A DNA stretch of 59,601 nucleotides from Hydrolagus affinis (Eukaryota), in assembly GCA_012026655.1 (NCBI GenBank), contig JAAILG010001955.1, forward strand, positions 1 through 59,601. The letters are read 5' to 3'. Position numbers and translations under genes: made by a program. Of this stretch, positions 10,160-24,400 are shown one piece after another; within the stretch, counting starts at the first letter, position 1, and each line of letters begins with the position of its first letter. A model generated the notes under the pieces. The model made no database searches and was not told the DNA's origin. It worked only from the letters and a program-made list of their open reading frames with translations.

Positions 10160-13100
10160 CTGCACACAAAGAATAAAATGCTGATGACTGCAGTAGAATG
10201 ATTACACGTATCAAAACTCATGCCACATAATTGTTCAGTTTGAAGAGATTTAACTCGAGCAAATCAAATGCAATTTTATAACATTTTACAGGAAAGGTAT
10301 TGAACGCACTTGAAAAAGTAAAAAATAATTACAAACTTCCCATTTAGCAAGATTTAATTCATATACGTTTAGGCCTTATCAATACACATCTCACTGAATA
10401 ATACAAACAATGTTGCTGTAACAACAGACAATATATACAAACACATTTTAGACTTTGTTAAAAAAAATTCTGCAATAATTCTATTTCATAGTTCTTTCTC
10501 TCCCCTACTCAGTATCGTGTCTACCCAGTTACACATTGAATGTTAATTTGAAATCAGCAAAACAAGAGGGCCATTTAGCCCATCAAGCTGGACCACATTT
10601 TCCAGATCATAGCTGATCTGCAACTCGATTCCACCTACCCCACCTTCTCTCCATATACCTCGATAAACCCCGTCTATCCAGTATTTATCTATTTGTCTTT
10701 TAAATCCTGCAATTGATTGCTTCCACTGCCCTCTGGGGAGTGAATTCCACACACCTACCACCTGTGGCGTGAAAAAGTGTTTCCTTATTTCACTGTGAAA
10801 CAGTTTAGCCTCAAGTCTAAGACTATGGCCTCCAGTCCTCAATTTCTCACCAGAGGAAACAGTTGCACATGAATCTGCCTGTCAAATCCCTTCATAATTT
10901 TATACACCTCGATCAGATCACTGGTCAATTTTCTGAATCCAAGAGAATACAATTCAAGTTTTTTCATACTTTTCATCATAATTTAGGCCCTTGACACAAG
11001 GAATCATTCTAGTAAATCAATACTGCACAATATATCCTTTGTATGGTTTGGTGCCGAACACTGCACATAATACTCCAAATGAGGTCTGACCACCATTTTA
11101 TATAACTGTAACATCATTTCTTGATTCTCTTATTCCAGTCCCATTGTGATAAATACCAATCTAAAGAACACATTACCAGCTGGCGGCTTTTGGTTTGTGC
11201 TGTGCATTGACAGACCATTGAATCATTCCATAATTAAGACCCTGATATTTTAATAAAAGTGTACGTATAAATTATTTCTCCTATCCAAATATGATTACTT
11301 TTTAAAAATACGCTTTTCATTGGTATAAGGAATGGAAACGTCTTTGTACTCTAGTGAAAATACTGATTATCTTAAAACAGATCCTCAGGCATTCATGTAA
11401 ATCTTTTTTGTGAACAATGACAGCTGCTAACATGACGCATTTTGGGAAGTAGTATCCAGTGCACAAAGACTAAATGGGCCTTCAGTCTTGCACTTTTTTC
11501 CCCCTAGCAGTAACTTGGTCACAACCTGCTTTTGTTTTGGAGGCACCCAATTTTTCTTTTGAACATCTACAAAAGTAGCACTTTAGGCCGAGCTGCTGAA
11601 ATTGCAGGTTGCGCTTATGATTGAACTGGGAAAGCCATCACCAGCAGAAGAACCAATAGAAAGTCAACAAAACACAATGATTTTAAAGAGACGAAAAGCA
11701 CAAATCACCCAGTTTATTTTTTTTTAAATGTGGGACACTGTAATTTATTTTACATTTTCTGTTAAATTCTGAAAAGCATAGCTCGATTTCCCACCTGCTT
11801 TCTCTTTCAAGTGAGGGTGAAAGGTTAATCCTATTGAATGTTGGATTACCTACTATGGTATGGTTTTCCTCATCTTTAAAAAAAAATGCAATGTCCATAT
11901 ACAAATACGATACTGCTGTCTTCCCATGGGGTTGGGTAATGTTTTCTAACTTTACAAGCTATCAATGTGGGTCGTCCCTCAATTCTGACAAGAATTGGGA
12001 GACAAGACTGAGTCTCTGAGTAATACAAAAGTATTCATCCCTAACAAAAGAGCCAGGGATGCAGTGGAGGCCAAAGAGAAACAAGCAGTGGGTAGGGAGG
12101 GAACTTTTCATGTGGAGGCTGAATGTCTTCAAAGACAAATCCATGCTTCTGGACAGTAATCTAACAGTCCTCCTCAATTCAACCTGTCAATAATTTACAC
12201 TGAAGATCTGTAAAAACACACTTACGGTCACCTTTCCCCTCCCCACCCCGAGGTCGAGTGCCCAGCCAGCATTGCCAGTACTTTGAGATGTCCTCCCAAT
12301 GTGAAAGGCGCTATATCAATATTAATTGTATTGTAAAACCAGGTTTGGGTTCTGAGAAACTCCAGCTTTAGGACAGCTTGGAGCAAGGCAATCACCCCAA
12401 AGCATCTGTTAATCTTAGCTATACAAACCCTGGAACTTAATTATCCTAAGGCGGTCCTTTCAAGACCCAAGCTACCAGGTGGATGCTCTCAGGTTGACAT
12501 CTATTTGAATTAGGAAGTTTGCCCTACAATGTCCTGCTATAAGATGAAACGAGGGGAAGGTGTGCAGAACATTGAGTTCTGAAGACATCATTTAAGATAT
12601 TAGCTTAAATGAGTTGCTCAGACCGACAGTTTGAGAGTTTTGAATTAATGTATAAGAGTTGAAACAACACAATCGTTGAAGAAGTTAGTTAACTGATCAT
12701 TTCTTTGATGTTATATTTGGCCTCCCTCACATTGCTAGACTCGATAACTCCTCAATGTCAGCTCATTCTATTAAGGAGTTAGCACTTATGATTATTATAT
12801 ATATATATATTTTAAAGGATATAACTAGTAACAATTATATTTAATATTCCAAAGAGATAGTTAGATTTTTTTTTAAATGATTATTAAGCCATTAATTGGG
12901 GCACTTTGAAGATCTTTCTTCCAGATATAAAGGGTTACAGAAAGTGGTGACTTTAATATAGAGAGCGTAATTACAGATTTATGTATCTAACAGTTAGATG
13001 CTGGCACTTGATTTCTTATATTCATTAGGTAAACAATGAACATCAATACAATCAACCAACTTCCAGTGTGTAATCTTCTAAGCACCAAGAAACTAACATT

Positions 13101-16100
13101 ACTTAAATACTGTATCCCCAATCCTTTTCTCTAAGAATCAACCAGCAATAAATAGTAAAATATCTGCCAAACAGTATTGTAATAAATTTTCTGCAGTAAT
13201 TCATGGCTATCCTCAGCTGTGCAAATTAACATCTTTACGTGAACGGAATTCATTTATTTACCAATAACAGGGCACTTCTAGCATTTATATAGAACCCTTC
13301 ATTAACAGTAAGGTCTCATAGTGCTTGATAGAGATGAGCCCCAATAGTGAGCAGAGGAATATGAGGGAAGAGGAGGAGAGATGATAAGGTAGTTTGCCTC
13401 TTTTGAAGACAGACAGCGAGGGGGTGAAAGACATTTGAGGGAGTTCCAGAAGGTGGGAGAATAGTGACTGAAGGCTTGGTTGCTGATGGTGGGGTGGAAG
13501 GGGTAGGTCAGTAGGCCTAAGAGGTTTCAGTTATTTTCACTTACTTGGCTTTGAAAGGAGAGTCTGGGATCTGAATCTTGGCATCTAGAGAGGTTTCATA
13601 TTCTTTGCCCCTGAAAAACACAAAGAAGAAAAGCATTAAAGCATTTGCTGTTGTCTTTTACATCAACTGGACATTCAGTATGTTTATTTTAGGATTTTGT
13701 TCTAGGTTAGAGCTGCTCAAAAATTTAAAGCCATTTACAAAAATCAGCTGTTTACAAATAAACACTTCCATTGTAATTATCAATTTACATAGTTTTTATA
13801 TTGTACCAAAATACATAAAAATCTAAGTAATAAAGGAAGAATTCAAGGAACAGTTTTATCTAGTGCCCTGCTGAAGTCCCAATTAGGACTGTGGTCATAA
13901 ATTCAAACAGCAGTTTCAATTTGCATTTTTATTCATTATGGATGGTTATCCACTTCCTGGCCAAGTAGCAGGAAAATTCCTACACTCAGCCAATCCTACA
14001 AGGACATCAACCCCAAAAAGGCAAAATATACGCAAATATTACAATATTAACTGATAAAAAAAAATCAAGGAAAATCAGCAGCTCAAAAAAACCTGAAACC
14101 CCATCTGAAGGAACAGGTAACAACAAAACAAAATTACATTTGTACAGCGCTTTTCATGTTGGGAGGACGTTAATATAAGCAACAAAGTTGCTCTACTCCA
14201 TGAGTTAAAAACATTTTTAAATATCTATGGATTCTTGAAAAACAATTGTGTCCAAAAGGGGTCTGGGAAATAAAAGTGGGCATAGGCTGATATAATCAAT
14301 AATTCGGTGACAATTTAAACAGTTGTACATTTCAAAATATAACTGAGTATTACAGTATTTACAGTTTAAGAGCTATCTGAAATGTAGTATTTGCCTCAGG
14401 CAAGTGCAAAAATGACAACATTTGATGAATAACTTCCCAGGAGTGGAAAAATATTACCGAACAGACCAGAAAATCTTTGATCATGCCCATAAAATATGCT
14501 GTTGATACTGGTTGCCTATAAATCCTTACAATTACCTCTACCACACCTCAACATAAAGGTGAATGAAAGATGTGCTGTTAGAAAATATTTGCCATTTTAG
14601 GCAGAATGGGTTTGCTTCTTGTCCTCCCTCAACCTTTTGGTGACAGTGCACGTATTCAATTTATTTCGGTGATCTTTACAAAAGCGTCTCTTTCAACAGA
14701 CAGAAGGAACATGCAGCATTCCTCAGGATTGTGCAGTGAAACAGATCAATGCTTCCCTGACAAATAAGAATCCAAGTTATTTGAAGAGGAGTGTGTCAAT
14801 TGCTGAGAGGATTCACTGGTCTCTGAACAAGCTGTTTTCAAACTAAAGTGCTTTGATACAATGGCCACTAGATAATAGTCGAACAAAAGGTTGCCGTGTT
14901 TCACCCATAAAATACACAGCTAATTCATTTTATAATACATTGTGTGAAGCATTTTAAGATGTCTCAGTGACATGGCAAAGCGCTGTATCAAAATGCAAGG
15001 ATTTTTATTATTGTTATTAAATACTGGTGGTAAAAGTAAAAATTCCGAATTCCTTTCTAATGAGTTTGAGAGTGTATTCTCAATAGCTATTAAATGTAGA
15101 ATTTGGAAGGAAGGGGCTTTTTTAAAAAAAACACTCCAGCAAATTCACTTATAAACATACCTTTAGACTAGTTTGGTTCTCAAAACTTTCCCCACTTTAA
15201 TTGTGGGTATTCTTTAAAATATTGGTTTAATGTTTGAAAAATGTTCTACCACCCTAATGTATTTTGTTGACACTGGCAGAAAGCCATACATCCCAGAGAT
15301 GAGAGACACCACTCTGCTCTGATACTGTCCAGTTTGGCTCCTTCATGTATCAGGTGAAACCTGACACCCGGTCATTACCTATCACAAGGTCTCATGTCAC
15401 AGTTGTCCAGCAGAATTGCAGCTTGGTAGTCGGCTACTGGGTTCAGTTTTGCAGCAGAAAGTTATTCAGAGGCCCTCCCAATACAACAACAACAAAATAC
15501 AACAACAAAATTACACTTGTATAGCGCCTTTCATGTCAGGAGGATGTCCCAAGGCGCTGGATAGTCATTGTTTCAGACCCAAGCTGGGGTTGGGGAGGGT
15601 GGAGGGAAAGGGGGGGACCTGGGGTGACCGATGAGACTGTCGAAGAGGAGGGTCTTGAGGCGGGACCTGAAGGAGGCCAGTTATAGGGTGAGGCGGAAGT
15701 ACTGTGGGATGGAGTTCCAGAGGTTGGGGGTAGAGTGGCTGAAGGCTTGCCTGTCAATGTGGGGTGGGTGAGTAGTGGGATGTGGAGCAGGCCGGAGCCT
15801 ACTTAGTGGAGAGAAGGGCAGGTTGGTAGGGGGTTAGGAGGTCACAGAGGTAGGGTGGGGCGAGGTCGTGGATGGTTTTGAATGTGAGGACCAGGATCTT
15901 GAATTGGATCCTCTGGGTAATGGGGAGCCAATGGAGTCAGGCGAGGTCACGAAGCTTAGTGGAGCTAATTGGATAGCTCTTTCAAAGAACCGGCAGGCAC
16001 GATAGAACAAATGGACTCCTTCTGTGCTGTAGGATTCTATGATACTAATATGAGAGTTCTGAAGCCTGTGAGAGATGTCCAGTACTCAGTGGGTTAAAGC

Positions 16101-19100
16101 AGAAGGAAATGTATTGCAGATTTGTGTAGGATTTCTGCTGCCCTGCTGCTCCTGGAACCCCCCAGATTAAAGTCAGCCATTTATATGCCATTGCCAAGTG
16201 GCCAACAGCCAGAATGATTAGTTAGTTTGCACACTACTGTTCTGTCAGCCTCCCCAGACTTTAAAGATGCATCACTTCAGGCTTGTTTATATTAAGAATT
16301 CAAGACAACTACAAGCAAAAATCCCTAACCTGAATTAAATGGCACTGTGCAAATCCACCTGACAAGACTGCACAAGACATATTTTGTGTGTGAAAGTTTA
16401 AATACAAATCTGTTCACTTTGCAAACATGATTGAATCTCTACATTGCTGCTTTGTTTCATTTGGCACCGAGTCACAGGACTGAGATTTTTTTTCATATGG
16501 TGATGTAGAAAGCAATCCAGAGGCTCAAGTAAAACAGTACACTGCCTTTGCTCATTTTCATTCATTCCCCACAGTGGGACATAAAATAATTTAACAGTAG
16601 TGCAAATACAAACATTTAAAGTTCTAGCTTTTGTTCCTAATGTCTCTTGTAATATTTGATGAGAAACAAGGCTCACAGTAAACAAAGAGACCACCGTTAA
16701 AAATATACATTTTTGTAGTTTTTTACCCTTTCTCACAGGATTATTGCTGAAATGGATTTCATGAAGATGACAAGAGAGGGTGGGTACACATGACTTCCTA
16801 ATAACCGCATCAAGTTGTTTCTTGAATTAGTATTTGAACAGCAGCAAAGCTGGAAAATAGATCACTACCTTAAGCTGTTTGCTACCCTATACAAGGGGTG
16901 CTATATATATATATGAAAGTTGTTGTTACATTACTTATAATACCAATGATGCCATTTCTTGTGCTTTTTAACAAAAAAAAGTAAACTGCTCCTTTTGCAA
17001 ACATAGTGGAACTGCAAAGATTAAAAATACTAATTAAAAGTCACTGCTGTGTAAAATCTTAATGAATATGAGACAGTGATCACAACGGTCACAAAAACAG
17101 TGTTGTTTCTATTCCTTGGTTCGGACAGGATCCAAACCCCATGATTGGATTAAACTCTGTAATTCACTGAGAGGTATCTATGTATCATTCGCAGTTTACA
17201 GTATTGATTAGTGAGGTGCAGGGGGCAACACTGTGTGCAGGATCTGGGCATTCAAAAGCACAGCAGTATGTCACAAAGCTAATGACCAGTGGCAGGTTTA
17301 ACAGCTCCTTTTAATAAGGTGACACAATGATCACACCCTTCTGGTGACCTCGTGAGACCAAGACACCATCACTTTAACAACAGACCAAGACACATCAAAT
17401 CATCGAGTGCTTCTCATTTATCTCATTAATTCAGAATAAGGACAGAGAAGGAGGCACAGATCCATGGTCAAGATCCTGGAATTCCCAATTAACTGCATTT
17501 TCACCCACAAAATGTAGTCAATTCACTTTATAGTGCATTCTGAGAAGTACTTTGAGCCGTCTTGAAGACATGATAAGGTTCTTTATCAAATATATAGAGT
17601 CTTTCTTTAATACCGTATCACAGAAAATTGTGGGAAAATACTAAATTCAGTCATAATTTGGAAGCCGGATCTTTTCAAGAACTGCAAAAACAGTCTGGTG
17701 ACTTAAGGATAAACAGGTTAATTAAACTTGATCTTGCAGGAACTGCAGAAAGGGAGCACTCTCTCAGATGGCAAAAGCACATTTACATTCGATCTGTATA
17801 TTAGAAGTAACTGCAATTGTTTCACTGAGGTTTATGCTAAAATAAGAGTCTTTGAAGAGCTAATCCATTCTCAATATCCTTTTGAGCAATAAAGTGAATA
17901 TTCATTCAACAAATCGTGTACATTCGCTCTAGTTATGGAGCTTGGAAACATGACATTTATTTGTGCTGTATGTTTGCCAATTAATTGCTATAATTTGGGC
18001 AGTGTATTCTAAATCACATTCAGCCAACACAAAAGAGCTGGTTTCTGTAGAAGTGTGCTTTGTACCTACTGCATTAAAAATGTGACTGGTGTGAAATATG
18101 CTGAACTTACTCCACCATCATCTTATTAAAGCTCTCAGGATTTCAAAGAACTTTTAAATCGACTTTTTTTAAAAAAATCTATAATATGTGCATTATTTCT
18201 GTCAATGTTTTTAAATCAGCCACACTACAGCTCTTAAAAACTTCAACAAAAATAACATTTAAAAGACTTCATATGCTAATTTTATATTTTTACTAATAGC
18301 AGTTTTATGACAGATGGTTTGGCTGGGTTGGGCTCAGTAATGTTTGTTATCTTGGGGGTACAACAGTAAAGAGATGCAGGAGACAGGGTAAAAGAGGATC
18401 TGTAAATTGAGAAAAATATCTCAAGTTTCGCTTCACAAAGCTAGTTGCTACTGGAAATTATTTTGGAAAAAACAACTAGTTATTTTAGAAATAGCAACTA
18501 GTTCTCCTGAGGTGTTTAGTGTTCAGCAATTATAATGAATAAGTTTAACATTACCAACTTCCTATGTGTAATTCGCATGCCCACACACGAGTCATTACTG
18601 CCCTTCTATAGATGACCACTCTATAGAAAGTGAGAATCAGAAAACAGTTTTGTACACTGTGATTAATCTTATCTTGTAAATTTTATAGCTCACCACTATT
18701 GGTTGTTTCCCCGTTCTTTGTAACCCTGTATGTTTTGCCCTCTCTTGTTCTGTAAACAGACTCCCGTCAATAGCCCATCAGTTTAGATTTGAGATCTGGA
18801 TATTATAGTCTCACAAAGCTGACAGTTTTATAAAGAGAGGGGTTAAACTGGGAGCAATTGCTGGGCAATATATTACTCTTCAAACAGATTTGGCTAAATG
18901 GTTTCTGGTTATAAATATTAACGGTCAGCGAGATCACAAAGCTGCCAAGTAGACCTGATAATATTCAATTCATCATGACATGTCCCTTCATTTACCCCCT
19001 GTCCATAGTGTGACAGAATATCCACTGAATTGTTCGGCTATCTTATCAGGAATAGAGGTCTGAATCTACAACAGGACAGCTCCGAGAGCCTGCATGTGAA

Positions 19101-21459
19101 TAAGGTTAAGTCTTAAAATGATACAACACAATTCTCTCCACGGTGCACACACCTATACAACCAACATCTCAAACCAATATTTGCATTAATATTAAAAAGT
19201 ATTTTATAGACAAACGAGGAATTCAGCAGTTCACATCCGTATCTTTGTTACCCTAGACTTGGCCAGTTTGTCACAGGGATTGTAAAAGTGAGGAGCATAA
19301 TTTCTCTGCAGTTTTTTTTTAAGAGAGTTTTTTTAATCATTTACTTTTTAAATGACATTGGTCTCTTTGAATTCATCTCCTAAATGTCTGCTTACAACAT
19401 TGGTTGAAACCCAACACATTCAAACCTGGTGAGGTTGGCTGTGGAGTCAAATAAGTGGATAGTAATTAACAAATGGTAAGTTTGTCTTTTAAATCACTGG
19501 AGAATTATTTCAGTAACAATGGGCTGGGCCAATGATTCTATTGTAGCTTAACCCCTCAAAAAGAATTTCAACATGTTACACACCTTTCATATTGCTTGAG
19601 AAAAATCCTATTGTATCCTAAATAGAAGTACATTTTAAGAAGTAGAACTGGAAGGGCATTCAATGTAAAATAAAATACAAATAGTGATTTACTTTTGCCC
19701 AGTTGCACAAATAAAGAGCCTGCATTGACAGCAAAAACAATGTTGTGCTGGCACAGCAAAAGACTAATGCATCCAGAACATTTATTTGCAAACTCAATTT
19801 CATTCATTGAACCATTTACAAAAAATGGCAGTAAGCGTACGAACCCCAAGTTCAGCTTGAAAGGCAAATCTAATCTCACAAGAAAAATCTATAGTTTTTT
19901 TTGTTTTACATCTGAAGTGGCATGAGATAGTCTCCATCGGACTGAAGGTCAGGACATGACCCACTAAATCTCTCCATGGTCTCAGAGTTTTAGGAGCAAA
20001 GGGTCAAAATGACCTTCATTTTTCATAAACTAATGTAAACACCAAAAAGCACATAAAGCAAGCTATCAATGAGCTCGATCTGATCTCTGGCTACCTCTCT
20101 AAGCTATTTCTAATATTAGTGTTTATATTAATTCTAACAAATGCTTCGTCCTTAGACATACATTGCGGGGAGGCTATTTTTGATATAAACTGGGGGTGCT
20201 TTTTGTTTAAACTACAACTCAAAACAAAAAGATTTTTAAAAAAAATTAAATTAACCTTATTTTCTATTCAGTGCTGCAGTAAATCAGTCAGCTGAGGCAA
20301 CAGTACTGTCAGTAGGATATCAACACTGAAATCTCATATGTGCACCCTTTAAAAAGGAAGATGCCTAGTAAATACAGCAATTTGATGTGGGCAGAAAAAA
20401 AATGACAGAATATTTTAGGTTAATGACTCCTAAAAATATACCACTATTTAATTAAAATTCTAGAGACTATTTAGAGGGTTTTTTTGACAGTCTGCCACAT
20501 GAGGAAATCCAGTACCACACTTCAGGCTCCAAACCAGACAGCGTTCTATTTATGTAGGACATCTACATAAATAAATTTTCCTGTGTCTGAAGTGAATATT
20601 ATATGTAATGCATTGAATTGGAGAAGCTTCACTTCCCAACTAGAAACCTATTTCTGGCTGTTCATACTTTTCGGTGACTGGCCTTAGCACTCCACCCTGC
20701 TTCTAAGATCAAGAATGCAGCTCTCAAACATCAATGTATTTAGCTTAATAGACATTTGAGAAAGTCAAAATTTTCATGGAAGTTTCAACCACTGGGAGCT
20801 TTGTTTATTTCAAATCAATTAAATTTTTGAAAAATAGTTTGAAACACCTATTTTAGGGAGACATGTTATTATATCAGCGCACCTTGTTTCAGAAAATAAA
20901 TCAGCAGGTGACACTATTTGAGAGGCTGTGATGGTGGACTGCAGGAGGTGGGGATGATGGTAGAATGACCTGCTCTGATCCACAGATGTCACTTTTCAGC
21001 ATACTTTATAACAAACAGTGGAACTGGCTAATACCTGGGATAAATTGCCTTCCTACCTGTGTAGCCGTGGAATAGTGAACAGAGCAAAAGATACACTGAT
21101 AGGGCAAGAAACACACTCTAAAACAGGGAGGTAAAAAAGTTAGCGTTCAAGATAGAATACAATATTTTGTGTATATGTGGAATAAAAGTAAGGCTCAGAA
21201 ATCCAAGGGCCACTTGTCACTGCTTAAACACAGAATATTGATAGATGTTGTTAAACTAGTCAACGCAAAAAGAATCTGACAGGTTTTAAGTGTGATGCGT
21301 GTCTTGCCATTCACTCCACAATTAATTTACTACTGCATATGGAGAATCTGCCTCAGTTGGTCTGTGGGTAACATAATACAAAGCCATTTGCTGCTGTGAT
21401 GCTTTAAAGCAAAATAACCACAGCAGGTGACACTCTATCTGGAAGGCTATGATGGTTGA

Positions 21460-21493
<34 letters not shown>

Positions 21494-24400
21494 CAGTTTG
21501 TATTTGTGTGTTGGGGGGGTGGGGGGGTCAGAGAGAGAGAGAGAAAGGAAAGAGAATGGTGACAGCTAATGATAGAACGACATGCTGTATACCACTCTGA
21601 TCCACAGATGTCACTTTCCAGCCTTATGACAAACTACAGGTCTGACAAAGCAGGTCTACATTTCAGGACATTTCCAACTTTTCCCCCTGTTGTGACAGGC
21701 AACAAAATTGATTAAACCCGGCCTAGGATCTGACACTCATGCATATTGCCTTCTATTTGTTGATTGCTATTGATTTTTCTTTGATACTTCATTTAAAAAT
21801 CAATACGTGGAAAGAAAAATAGGCATGGTTTACACATACTTAAACATACTATTGTATGCAGCAGAGAACTGGAGTTTTGGCTGGGTTCTGGCAGCCAATT
21901 ATGAGAAAAGCTCTTAACAGGTGAAAGCAAGGGCTCCAGATCGATTTTCAGTTTTCGTTTCCAATCACAGAAAGTGGCTATAAATTAGACTCATCATTGT
22001 ATTTTCCAGGATAACCATGAACCAAATAACTAGGATTTTTTCGTTTAATATAAAAAATCCTAAACCTGTTCATTTTTTTTATTTATTAAGGTTCAGAGTT
22101 CACACTTGGAGAATGTCTAATATTACCGTGAGTTCATGCGTGCTCGAAGTTTCTTGGCCTTTTTCTTGGTTTTCTGCTTTTCTTCCCCATCCTTTACAGG
22201 TTCTGTCAGAATGCAGCTCTCAGTCACAATGTCCACAATGTATTTCTTGCAGGACAGGTGTTCCTAATGAAATAAAATGTTTTTGATAATCAGTTGCGGA
22301 AGTAAACTTTCACCGTAAATAGAATTTCGATTCATCAAGCAACATATTTATTTTCTCTTCCCTGAACATGTTTTAGCTCATTTTTCCTTTCACTGGGTAC
22401 AAATCGACAGACATTGGGTTTCCTTTGCCAACTCACTCCAGTGGCCAATTATTCATGTATAAATCTTCAATGTGAGTGTCCAACGTGGTTGTGTCAAGAG
22501 TTCCCGTGGGGCAGTGCACATCTAGTTATTTACCTGCACTCTATACTCACAAGTCCTTTTCAAATCCGGTTGTGAAAACTCCATTTTAGATCCTAAAAGC
22601 AGGCTAAACTCCATTAGTATTCCTGATACTCCCCAACCAATATTAATTTTTATAGAATTTTGGAATGTTCTTAAATTCATTCTTGATTTGGGAGCCAGTT
22701 CTCTATAAGTGCTGATTAAATCAAAATTTAGACTGAATTTATGCAGTTGCCAAAATTCTCTACACTATAAATATTTTTATGACAATTATTTTAAGGATAA
22801 GGCACAGGCATGATGGTCTGAATGATTATCTTTTGTACAGTAAGATTCTATAATTTCAGACAGGGCTAGGACTGCACAATGACCCATATCTATATAAATC
22901 AATCATCAGTACAGTGCTCCATCAGGTGTCAGGAATCATCTCACACTATTAGGAGCAGCTCAATTATTACTACAGCTGGAGTACGAAAAAATGAGATGTA
23001 ATGCTAAACTGGGCCTATGGGATTAGGGGCTATTGAAAAAAAATGCTATGTTCATTCTTGGTAGGATCTGCAAATTATTATTAACTGCCCATCGATGACC
23101 AATAAATGTATCAGTTATTCAGCATTATCATCATTGCCATCATCAACACATGTGATCACAACCAGAAGCATCGAGAGCTGTTATCAGCCAAATAGAACAG
23201 AATAAAATAATCATTAAATTGATACAATTTATTCAATCAAAAATGAACATTACTGAACCAATTTCAAAGCTGTAATCACACCTCAAAATTCAGTCTTGGT
23301 CAACTAATACTACGTTTATGTTTCATAATAATAATTGTTTGCATAGCGTCTTTCCAAGACATTGAAATCACATAAAAATACATAATAAATGCAAGGATGT
23401 TTGGCCTTTATTGCCAAATATTGCAAATAGACTCTCATCCGAACAACTACTGATAAAGTCCAGAGAATCATGAAACTCTAGAAAGGAGTGATAACTCAAA
23501 TACACATTAAAAGACATCCTCCTCTCACCATTTACATCAATACACAAGACATAACAGATCAATTTTTAACCTTGTTGTCTTAAGCATTTGATATAGGGCT
23601 TCTCACATCTTTTAGATGTCTCAAAGCACTTCACAGAATACGCTGTAAAGTGAGTTGTGGGCAAAACGTGGCAGCCAATTGCGCATAGCAGTGTCCCACA
23701 AACAGTCATGGATTGAAATGACCAATTTATTATTGCTTTTTTCTTGAGCGATTATTATCAGGCGTGTGGAGTAAGGAAACTTGCCCAAACTTAATACCGA
23801 GCCCATTGATCCATCTATGGAATCTGCCCATTTGCCATCACCAGTATTGTTGTCCTCATACAATTCTGGTCAACTCACTGACACGTGAATGGGGAGGTAC
23901 AAAAAGAGCATTTACTTTTTCAAGATTAATATTGGTGTTGCAGAAATTACTTTTATTTATGAGTTAATGATTATTAATACAGAACAAGAAATTCTTCAAA
24001 TCATGTAAGAATGTTCACTCATGTAAGAATTCAATTCACCAAATTACAAAAGCTACCAAAAATCTAATTTTTCAGTTAGCTGGGTATTCCTGGCCTCTAG
24101 ACATTTTTTTGTTGATGGTGAATTCGAGATTGGGAGCTCTTAGCAGTGGGAAATCCAGATTACCATCACCTCAGTTTTCATCTACCTATTTTAGAATGTT
24201 GTCCTCTCAATAGAAAGGATTTCTGCCACACAGGAAATTGCTTGTGTGCCTTTCGCAAGTATTCTTGCATTGAAATAAACCAGAAACCAGAAAAGGGAGC
24301 TGCTTCCAGATTGTTGGCCAAGCCAAAATTCTTCCAGATAATTTAGTAATTGGTAGCGGTTTGTGGCATCTTTCTATGCACAAACTAGTTGCTGGGTTTG

